Counted from the stretch's first letter, positions 1 through 6,503 are shown. The stretch is 8,002 bases of DNA from Candidatus Wukongarchaeum yapensis (GCA_016840425.1 JAEOSI010000093.1:1-8002); one strand, 5' to 3'. Program-made: numbers and translations. Notes: generated by a model not told the origin, from the letters alone.

Positions 1-1248
1 CCACCACCAGGATCAGAAGCAACTTTAGAGAAATTAAAGACATCTCACGACCACTTTACAAGAGATGCATGTAACAGAGCTATAGGAATAGGTATTCCAA
101 GCATCATGGTTGAACAAGAACATGTTTTCCAGCAAACCCACAACCCTGATTGGGGCGGCGCAACAACAAAAACACAAGCAGACGTCCTCCAAGAGTTCCA
201 CGATGAGTGGGGCATCGCAGCCTATCTAAGACAAACCGTCGCAGACCTAAGAAGGTCAGAAGTAGCCTTAAGAGACACACCCTATGAACGCGATATAATG
301 GCGACAATTGAAGCTTGCTGCAAAAATGGAGCAAGCGACATAGCTATGGAAACCATGGGAGGAAAAGAAGTTCTTGACTACTCGGTGACCAGGGGAGATA
401 TTGAAGGCGTCCTCTTTGGTATAGGTGTCTGTGGTAGCATGGACATGGAATATGTGTGGACCAAAGCAGTTGACATCTGCAAGAAAAACAATACAATCCC
501 TGCTGGTGACACAAACTGTAGTGGAGCCAACACTGTTATGTTCATCGCTGGCGGTTTAACTGACAAAGACGTTGCTCACACCTTTGCAGCTCTCGCGCGA
601 GCAATTTGCTCCCCGAGAAGCATAGTCGCAATGGAGGTTGGGTGCACAGGACCAGACAAGGACTGTGCCTATGAAGGACCAATCGTAAAAGCCGTAACTG
701 GCGTCCCGACCTGCCAGGAAGGCAAAGACTGCACATGCGCCCACGGCGACGTGATGGGCAACTTAACCGCGCAAGTCTGTGACATTTGGACTAACGAATC
801 TGTAGAATACCACGAAGAATTCGGCGGAACGACTGCTGCTGTTTGGTTCCAAGCCTTAGCAGAAGAATGTGCCTTGATGAACATGGCTAAACAAACAGGC
901 AACGACAAACTCCTAAGAGACCTATACATGTCAGTTGACATATACAGGTCCCCACAACCATTGATCCTTGCCTATCCGCACGCTTTAGAGATAGGAAAAG
1001 CAATTGCTGGAGCCGGAGAAGGCTATTACGACAGGGCTAAGGCTGCCGCGATGAAAGCAGCTGACATAATGAAAGCATTCCATGACAATGGAAAACTACC
1101 TCTAACAAAATTCGAGAAAACCGCCCTTGACGACGCAATGAAAAGGTTTCCAGCTTTACCTGCCTCAGATGCTTTTATCTCATCCAAGGTCAAATGGTGC
1201 GATGACGTAGGAGTATATCAATGGCAGAAGAAGAACTACGGCTGGTAA
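1..1248 (+). CDS. mtaB: Methanol:corrinoid methyltransferase MtaB family, 5'-partial (start lies upstream of the window)
   Basis: Frame 1 is open from base 1 (PPPGSEATLEKLKTSHDHFTRDACNRAIGIGIPSI, then MVEQEH...), and this stretch aligns by eye with MtaB N-terminal sequence, so ATG 106 is internal. Motifs matching Methanosarcina MtaB as remembered: EHxxQxxxNPxWG, ExMGGKE (Zn ligand Glu, 349-351), GDTxC (Cys, 517-519), GPxKDCxYE (Lys 658-660, Cys 664-666), AHxDVMGNL, WxNESVEYHxEFGGTT, and a C-terminal NYG-aromatic end. Confidence 0.95.
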   Translation, partial: PPPGSEATLEKLKTSHDHFTRDACNRAIGIGIPSIMVEQEHVFQQTHNPDWGGATTKTQADVLQEFHDEWGIAAYLRQTVADLRRSEVALRDTPYERDIMATIEACCKNGASDIAMETMGGKEVLDYSVTRGDIEGVLFGIGVCGSMDMEYVWTKAVDICKKNNTIPAGDTNCSGANTVMFIAGGLTDKDVAHTFAALARAICSPRSIVAMEVGCTGPDKDCAYEGPIVKAVTGVPTCQEGKDCTCAHGDVMGNLTAQVCDIWTNESVEYHEEFGGTTAAVWFQALAEECALMNMAKQTGNDKLLRDLYMSVDIYRSPQPLILAYPHALEIGKAIAGAGEGYYDRAKAAAMKAADIMKAFHDNGKLPLTKFEKTALDDAMKRFPALPASDAFISSKVKWCDDVGVYQWQKKNYGW

Positions 1249-1290
1249 ACCTAATAAACCAATAGCAGGGTATATTTGTAAACCTCCAAA

Positions 1291-1351
1291 CTTTCCCCCC
1301 CCTTTTTTTATTTTCTTTTTATTCTTTTTATAATTCCTTTCCTTATTTTTT
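1291..1351 (+). terminator. Pyrimidine/oligo-T tract after mtaB, probable archaeal-type terminator
   Basis: C8 (1295-1302), T7 (1303-1309) and several further T4-T6 runs starting ~45 nt after the mtaB stop codon. Confidence 0.55.
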
Positions 1352-1388
1352 AGATTGTTTAGGCAATTTTTTAGATTGTATGTACATA
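1345..1388. repeat. 14-bp direct repeat pair (21-bp period) abutting a 10-bp palindrome
   Basis: ATTTTTTAGATTGT at 1345-1358 and 1366-1379; TATGTACATA at 1379-1388 is its own reverse complement. Confidence 0.8.
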
Positions 1389-1498
1389 GTTACTGCTTTG
1401 ATTTAATGTTTAAGATAAGTAAAAAGTAAGGCAAAGTATTTTTATGATAAGAGCAAATTATTTCCTGGTTACGTAGATTTATTTAAACTTTGTTTACC

Positions 1499-1510
1499 TT
1501 TTTATAAAAA
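1499..1510 (+). promoter_or_regulatory. Candidate TATA box for the hydantoinase-family gene
   Basis: TTTATAAA (1501-1508) within the palindrome TTTTTATAAAAA, ~70 nt upstream of the likely start. The region is very AT-rich, so alternative boxes exist. Confidence 0.3.
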
Positions 1511-1577
1511 ATGAATTCCAACCTCATTTTGAGTTTTTATTCATTTTTTACTTAAAGATTTGTTTTTGGTGGTATTT

Positions 1578-3617
1578 TTGGCGATTGGAGTTGGTATTGA
1601 TACGGGTGGTACGAACACTTATGCAGTAGTATTGGACTTTACATCCCGTGAAGTGTTAGGCAATGGTATTGCGCCTACTACACATTACGACTACACTATT
1701 GGAATAGTTAAAGCTCTAGAAGTTGCTTTAAAAGATTCTAATGTTAATCCAAGCCAAGTGGAGGTGGTTTCTATTTCCACCACTTTGGCTACTAACGCGA
1801 TTGTTGAGGGAAAAGGGTGTAGGGTTGGTCTTTTAATGATCGGTCATGAACCAAGAGAAGATCAGTACATACCTGCAGATATTACCCGTATTGTTAAGGG
1901 AGGGCATGATGAATTTGGTGATGAGATCGAGCCCCTTGACGAGGAGGCGGTTAAAGTTGCCGTTCAAGAAATGAGCGATTGTGTTGAGGGGTTAGCGATA
2001 TCTTCTTTTTTCAGTGTAAGAAACCCCTCTCACGAGCTCAGGGCGAGGGATATCGCCCGGGAGATTGCGGGTTTACCTACTGTTTGTGGTTTTGAGTTCA
2101 CAGAACAGCTTGGAATATATGAAAGAACAGTAACTGCCGCGCTTAACGCTAAACTTATCCCTCTGATAAATACCTTACTCTTAGAACTCAGAAAGGCTTT
2201 AGAGGAAAGGGGGATGGAGAAAACGCGTATATTTGTTGTAAAAGGTAGTGGATCTGTGATTAGCGCGGAACTTGCGGGTGAAAGGCCCGTAGAAACGATT
2301 TTGTCGGGACCTGCATCTAGTGCTGTTGGTGCTTGGGCGCTTACAAAAAATGAAGACGGAATAGTTATAGATATAGGAGGTACGACAACGGATATCTCCT
2401 TCCTTGAAGGTAATAAGCCTGTAATTCTGGATGATGGCGCGACTGTTGGCGGGCTTAAAACCAGGATAAAAGCCATAGACTCAACAACCATAGGTTTAGG
2501 GGGTGATAGCAGGATAAAAGTGGAGGGGGGTATGATCGAGATTGGTCCTGAAAGGGTTATCCCTATAGCTTTTGCAAGCTTAGAAATTCCTGAACTCGTC
2601 GATCTAATCAAGGAGAAAAACGGTGTTTATTATTTAAGGGCCTTAAAAAAGGCTAGAAAACTAAGGCAACCCATCGACGAAAACTTGTTAAGGATAGTGT
2701 CTAGTCAGTCCTTGACAAAATTTGAAGATTTAGTGAAAAGTGGGAATGTTAATTGTGATAGATTAAATGAACTCATATTGCTGGGATTAGTACAGGCGAT
2801 CGGTGTTACACCTACAGATGTCCTTCATTGTAATGGGATATACACTGAAGGGAATGTGGAAGCAGCAAGAATAGCGGTCAACACCTTGGCTGAGAAGTTA
2901 AATATGAGCTTATCAGAGTTTTCTGAAGAAGTCATAAAAAAGTTTACACAGAAAATAGTTGATACCGTAAATCAAAAGTTTGAGGAAAGAATAACGCCGG
3001 ATTTCATCTTTGACTTGCCTGATATTTTAAAAACATATTTCTTCAAGAAATATAGTCCGAAAAAAGAGGTTGAAGAGGCTAGGAAAGAAATCTTGTTAAA
3101 CTCTACAATAATCGGGTTAGGAGCTCCAGCTGGAGCTTATATAAAATATTTGGCAGAAGCGATGAAAATAAACTCATTAGTACCTCCAAGCTCTGCCATA
3201 GCTAACGCCCTTGGGGCAATCACAAGCAGCATAGAAGAGACTGTGTTCATCCTTGTCCAACGAGATTTTCACGAGGATCTTGAGACTGAAAGATACATAG
3301 TTCACGCCCCAACAGTTGGAAAGCAAATCTTTGAAAACAAGTTTGAAGCTATTGATTACGCCATTGAGGAGGGAAAAGCTTTCGCCATAGAAAAAGCTAA
3401 GAGAGCAGGAGCAGAAAGGGTACACGTCACAGTGCAAAAAAAGGACGTCATAGCAAGGTTTTATGGAAGCAATGTATATATACGATCAGAAATCATTGTA
3501 AAAACAACCGCCCCAATCATTTCTGACATCCCTACCCCCTCTACAAGCAGTAGATACGTCAATGTCTTTAAGGTCGCTAAATTTAGAAAATTAATGTCTT
3601 CAAAGCCATCGCAATAA
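1578..3617 (+). CDS. Hydantoinase A/5-oxoprolinase family protein (ASKHA-fold ATPase-like), stand-alone; substrate unknown
   Basis: Family motifs GIDTGGTxT, STTLATNAIVEGKG, GGHD, NPxHE, YERxxTAxLNA, GSGS, ETILSGPASS, DIGGTTTDI (2370-2393), GLGGDS, GxTPTDVLH, ANALGA. The start is more likely TTG 1578 (MAIGVGID, GGTGGT at 1568-1573) than the ORF-track TTG 1560. Confidence 0.9.
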   Translation: MAIGVGIDTGGTNTYAVVLDFTSREVLGNGIAPTTHYDYTIGIVKALEVALKDSNVNPSQVEVVSISTTLATNAIVEGKGCRVGLLMIGHEPREDQYIPADITRIVKGGHDEFGDEIEPLDEEAVKVAVQEMSDCVEGLAISSFFSVRNPSHELRARDIAREIAGLPTVCGFEFTEQLGIYERTVTAALNAKLIPLINTLLLELRKALEERGMEKTRIFVVKGSGSVISAELAGERPVETILSGPASSAVGAWALTKNEDGIVIDIGGTTTDISFLEGNKPVILDDGATVGGLKTRIKAIDSTTIGLGGDSRIKVEGGMIEIGPERVIPIAFASLEIPELVDLIKEKNGVYYLRALKKARKLRQPIDENLLRIVSSQSLTKFEDLVKSGNVNCDRLNELILLGLVQAIGVTPTDVLHCNGIYTEGNVEAARIAVNTLAEKLNMSLSEFSEEVIKKFTQKIVDTVNQKFEERITPDFIFDLPDILKTYFFKKYSPKKEVEEARKEILLNSTIIGLGAPAGAYIKYLAEAMKINSLVPPSSAIANALGAITSSIEETVFILVQRDFHEDLETERYIVHAPTVGKQIFENKFEAIDYAIEEGKAFAIEKAKRAGAERVHVTVQKKDVIARFYGSNVYIRSEIIVKTTAPIISDIPTPSTSSRYVNVFKVAKFRKLMSSKPSQ

Positions 3618-3632
3618 AAGATCAATAGCTTC

Positions 3633-3690
3633 AAGGTCATCAAAAGTATTACGATGACCTTTTTTAGGCATATTTTTCTCTCTTTTTTCT
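3633..3690 (+). terminator. Perfect 9-bp hairpin plus T-rich tract between convergent genes
   Basis: AAGGTCATC (3633-3641), 11-nt loop, GATGACCTT (3653-3661), then TTTT and further T-runs to ~3690. It begins 15 nt after the stop at 3617. Confidence 0.6.
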
Positions 3691-3697
3691 GTCTTCT

Positions 3698-3862
3698 TTA
3701 AGGTGGTATTGGAACACTTCTTTTACAAAAAATATCGCAGAAAGCCAAAGGCTTCTTTAGTCGTGGGATTATGTCAGTGTATGTATAATAATCAGTTGTT
3801 TTCCATAACGGGTTAGGTTCTCCTTCTATTCTCCATATTAGTATCTTGTTATTCTTTTTCAA
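3698..3862 (-). CDS. Possible 54-codon small ORF or frameshifted C-terminal tail of the HExxH protein
   Basis: Hand translation from TTG 3862: (L/M)KKNNKILIWRIEGEPNPLWKTTDYYTYTDIIPRLKKPLAFCDIFCKRSVPIPP, stop at 3700-3698. It overlaps the 276-aa ORF end by 14 nt and fills most of the gap to the terminator. Confidence 0.3.
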   Translation of the reverse strand: MKKNNKILIWRIEGEPNPLWKTTDYYTYTDIIPRLKKPLAFCDIFCKRSVPIPP

Positions 3863-4679
3863 GTTGACGGTTTATTGGGGGGATGTTTTTAGCTTCGTGG
3901 GCTGTTGGTGGAAATAAGTGTTTTAAGCCCATGATTTTAACAAATTCCTGGTTAAATGCTAGTATAATATCTTTATGCTTGAAAACACTTTTATCTATGG
4001 ATAAGAATTTTTGAAACCCTTTGCCTATAAAGTCTTTCAGCTTCTCGTTTATGAAGTTTCTAGCATCTGGATTTTTCTCTATCGCTTTGTATGCAAGGTC
4101 GTCGATATAAAAGTGTGAAATGCTTGGGTTATGGGTGTGAAGTATCTCATGGAGAAGCATTTCTGCTGGGTCTACTCTCTTCCAGTAATGAATATTGAAA
4201 TAGATGTGGGATTTTAAAGGTTTTTTCAGGGTGGTGTGGGCATTAATGTAAAAGACCCGTGAAAATCTTGTTTTTTGGTCGAGATCTAGTAATGGTACTA
4301 ACACTGGTGGGTGATAGCTTACAAAGAATTGGAACTCTGCTTGTTCTTTTATTTTCAGGATTTCTTCACATTTTTCTGCGACTTCTGGACATTCAACAGG
4401 GAAAGCGATTTGGGAAAATGGTGTGACAATTTCGTAAGGGGTTATAAGGGATCGGCGACCGACCGTTTCAAAAATACCTCCAATCCTGTCTATTTCCTCT
4501 GATAAAGCCTGTTTTTGGTCGTCTAGAACCATTTTTGCTTCTGGGAGTCGTTCATTAAGAAAATCACAGACATTCTCAAACTGTATGCCCCAAAGGTATG
4601 CCCCCAAAGCATTCAGAAAGTAAAAACGCGCGGTCAAAAAATCGTCAAGCTCTTCCAGCCAATCATAATCTTTACTCAT
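3849..4679 (-). CDS. Hypothetical protein with HExxH (zincin-like) motif
   Basis: 276-aa ORF filling the space between convergent and divergent neighbours, soluble-protein composition. LLHEILH at residues 175-181 (HEILH = 4137-4151), preceded by a beta-like IYFN. GGAG lies ~12 nt upstream of the ATG. No family recognised. Confidence 0.75.
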   Translation of the reverse strand: MSKDYDWLEELDDFLTARFYFLNALGAYLWGIQFENVCDFLNERLPEAKMVLDDQKQALSEEIDRIGGIFETVGRRSLITPYEIVTPFSQIAFPVECPEVAEKCEEILKIKEQAEFQFFVSYHPPVLVPLLDLDQKTRFSRVFYINAHTTLKKPLKSHIYFNIHYWKRVDPAEMLLHEILHTHNPSISHFYIDDLAYKAIEKNPDARNFINEKLKDFIGKGFQKFLSIDKSVFKHKDIILAFNQEFVKIMGLKHLFPPTAHEAKNIPPINRQLEKE

Positions 4680-4734
4680 TAAAGGAGCACGCTCCGTCTA
4701 AAACATATCATTAAATCATTAGGTTTTTTGCCTG

Positions 4735-4750
4735 TATAAAACTCTTTACC
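4735..4750 (-). promoter_or_regulatory. Candidate BRE-TATA promoter for the HExxH gene
   Basis: The minus strand reads GGTAAAGAG-TTTTATA (purine-rich element directly before a TATA-like box), ~55 nt upstream of ATG 4679. Confidence 0.3.
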
Positions 4751-4892
4751 ATCAACAGAGGATCTATGAGTCGCTTTTTTGTTGATATATTTATTGTAGC
4801 TAATGAAAAATATTTTAGAAGCCTTTAAGAATTAGAAAGCGCATTTAAGAAGATACCTATCTTTCACCAAGTAGACATACAGGTGGATAAAC

Positions 4893-5171
4893 ATGCTGGA
4901 AATAGAGGTATATCATACACCTTCTTGCGGAAGCTGCCGAAGAGCCAAGAGACTAGTTGAATTTGTCGTATCGACACATTATCCAAAGGAAGTAAAAATT
5001 AGAAATATTGACCTCTCAGACCCCCGCAACAGAGAGGAGGCAAGGGCTAAGGAAGTCTACGGTGTTCCTACAGTCATTATTGGAGAAACTATAATTCGAG
5101 GTACTCCACATGGAGAAAGCGAAATAATAGAATTTATAGAGAAATATAAAAGGGAACATAAAGAAGTTTAA
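4893..5171 (+). CDS. Small thioredoxin/glutaredoxin-like protein (archaeal thioredoxin-fold type)
   Basis: YHTPSCGSC (CxxC at 4926-4937), cis-Pro motif GVPT followed by IIG, 92 aa, AGGTGG ribosome-binding site at 4881-4886. Confidence 0.9.
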   Translation: MLEIEVYHTPSCGSCRRAKRLVEFVVSTHYPKEVKIRNIDLSDPRNREEARAKEVYGVPTVIIGETIIRGTPHGESEIIEFIEKYKREHKEV

Positions 5172-5277
5172 TAACCTGTTGTTCTTCTAATGTTCGGAGG
5201 TACTCTACTTTTTTTTCTCAGTTTCTTAGATTATCTATCAAGACATCAGTATCTATACAGACTCTGTCGTTTTCCAT
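5170..5277 (-). pseudogene. vapC: VapC/PIN-domain toxin 5' fragment with internal stop
   Basis: From ATG 5277: MENDRVCIDTDVLIDNLRN*EKKVEYLRTLEEQQVI. The xIDTDVLID-LR start is the PIN beta1 motif with the first catalytic Asp. In-frame TGA at 5220-5218; resemblance ends at the thioredoxin stop codon (~5170). Confidence 0.8.
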
Positions 5278-5337
5278 TTTCGCCATCCCTCTCGAAGGAA
5301 CCGCATAATGCTTTCTATCTCTTCATCCGTGATCGAA
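5253..5337 (-). pseudogene. vapB: VapB-type antitoxin 3' fragment
   Basis: The minus strand reads ...SITDEEIESIMRFLREGWRKWKTTESV* (TAG 5255-5253), resembling the acidic-helix/W-x-x-W tail of archaeal VapB antitoxins. It overlaps the vapC ATG by 25 nt. The in-frame upstream sequence is antisense of another gene fragment. Confidence 0.65.
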
Positions 5338-5424
5338 GAAGGCATAATAGAAGGCGTAAAACCCGGAACAATAACGGATCTCACAGGCTGGATAAAAAAA
5401 AGCAAAACAATCCTAAACTTCTAA
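5335..5424 (+). pseudogene. 3' fragment of a DsrE/DsrF/YchN-like sulfur-relay family gene
   Basis: The plus strand reads EEGIIEGVKPGTITDLTGWIKKSKTILNF* (TAA 5422-5424), resembling the DsrE/YchN C-terminal pattern LIxGVxxGTxxxLxxWxxxxxxxLxF. T-rich terminator-like runs follow (5451-5470). The N-terminal part, including the conserved Cys, is absent. Confidence 0.65.
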
Positions 5425-5660
5425 AAAACCACGCACATAATCCCCAAAACTATTTTTTACCTATTTTTATAACCAAAAAAAGATGAAAAAGTTCAAAAAC
5501 CTCACAATTCAATGCCTTGGGTTAAAAGCGTTCTAAGACTGGAATAGGCTTTACTATTATCCACTTCTTTGAAAAAATAACAGAAAAATCAAAATATTGA
5601 AAGAATTATTAAAGCAATAAGTCTTAATCTGTTTACTTGATAACTAGACGAATAAGAAAA

Positions 5661-6503
5661 ATGGTGGCACGTATATTGAATAAAGAACGCTTCCAAGGGT
5701 TAAAGAGTGCTTTTTCTTTTCTTACTGTTATTCCTGTGAGTAAGAAGATGTATTCTTATGAGGAGATTGCTAGGAATTTTCATTTTGCACCTGTTGCAGG
5801 GTTTGTAGTAGGGCTTGTGGCAGGGATTTTTGGATATTTTTTAGGGCTTTTGCTTCCTCAGATTATTGTGGGATTTTTTGTGCTCTATTTTATTCTTAGG
5901 GTGTCCGGTTTTCATAATGTTGACGGCTTGTTCGACCTTGGGGATGGGTTGATGGTTATGGGGTCTCCTGAGAGAAAGATTGAGGTCATGCATGATGTTA
6001 ACATTGGTGTTGGCGGGCTTACCTTAGGGTTTTTTGTCTTGATTATCACAGGAATCGCTATAGGGGAGGTTGAAGAAGAGTATTTGATACCTGCGGTTTT
6101 AGTAGCTGAAATGGGCGGTAAAATGGTTCAGACGGGGTGTATTTCTTTTGGTAGAAGCTCAAAAACCCCTGTTGCTGGGGCTTTTCACGAATTTGTGAAT
6201 AAGAAAACTTTTGCAAAAGGTCTCGCCATTTCCCTTTTAATTTTAACACCCTTTCTCCTTTTTCTTGAAAACATTGAAATTTTTAAAGAAGAAGGAATCT
6301 ATTTCTTAAATAAATGGGATTCATTCAGCTATGAAGAACTGTTGGTGTTTATAGGCGTGTTCCTTCTTGGGGTATTTTCCGTAATGATTCTAATGATAAG
6401 AACGGCTCACAAACACTTTAACGCGGTCACTGGGGATGTAGCAGGGGCGTCAAATGAAATAACTAGGATGACAATATTACTTTTATTAATTATACTCATC
6501 TAA
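5661..6503 (+). CDS. cobS: Adenosylcobinamide-GDP ribazoletransferase (cobamide 5'-phosphate synthase)
   Basis: Multi-pass membrane protein with SFLTVIP, PVAG, GFHxxDGLFDLGDG, MHDxxxGxGG and VTGDVxGAxNE. The start is uncertain: ATG 5661, or TTG 5676 preceded by GGTGG (5663-5667); the ORF-track TTG 5637 is less likely. Confidence 0.93.
   Translation: MVARILNKERFQGLKSAFSFLTVIPVSKKMYSYEEIARNFHFAPVAGFVVGLVAGIFGYFLGLLLPQIIVGFFVLYFILRVSGFHNVDGLFDLGDGLMVMGSPERKIEVMHDVNIGVGGLTLGFFVLIITGIAIGEVEEEYLIPAVLVAEMGGKMVQTGCISFGRSSKTPVAGAFHEFVNKKTFAKGLAISLLILTPFLLFLENIEIFKEEGIYFLNKWDSFSYEELLVFIGVFLLGVFSVMILMIRTAHKHFNAVTGDVAGASNEITRMTILLLLIILI

Noticed and set aside
106-108. ATG 106 as the mtaB start
   Set aside because: The frame is open and MtaB-like from base 1, so this Met is internal.
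104-941. Minus-strand ORFs 104..334, 378..566, 542..736, 556..744, 669..941
   Set aside because: All are antisense shadows of mtaB with no recognisable motifs.
1-1248. Pyrrolysine recoding in the methyltransferase
   Set aside because: MtaB is not a Pyl enzyme, and the frame contains no in-frame TAG.
1249-1577. CRISPR array, ncRNA or cobalamin riboswitch in this or other intergenic regions
   Set aside because: Only two short repeat copies and no spacer periodicity; the regions are too AT-rich and lack the conserved structure or B12-box of cobalamin riboswitches as far as can be judged by eye.
2030-2611. 193-aa minus-strand ORF
   Set aside because: It lies fully antisense to the most conserved part of the hydantoinase-family gene, with the Ser/Ile/Pro-rich composition typical of a shadow frame.
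3177-3643. Minus-strand ORFs 3177..3437 and 3461..3643
   Set aside because: Antisense to the hydantoinase-family gene, with no motifs.
4311-4502. 63-aa plus-strand ORF
   Set aside because: Antisense to the longer HExxH ORF, with no support of its own.
5218-5220. In-frame TGA in vapC as selenocysteine or readthrough
   Set aside because: The position is not a Cys/catalytic site, no SECIS-like hairpin was noticed, the gene is truncated anyway, and TGA is a normal stop elsewhere in the window (MNT).
5190-5486. 98-aa plus-strand ORF in the track
   Set aside because: Low-complexity sequence that crosses three recognisable gene remnants in other frames; best explained as spurious.
6058-6249. 63-aa minus-strand ORF
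   Set aside because: Antisense shadow of cobS.
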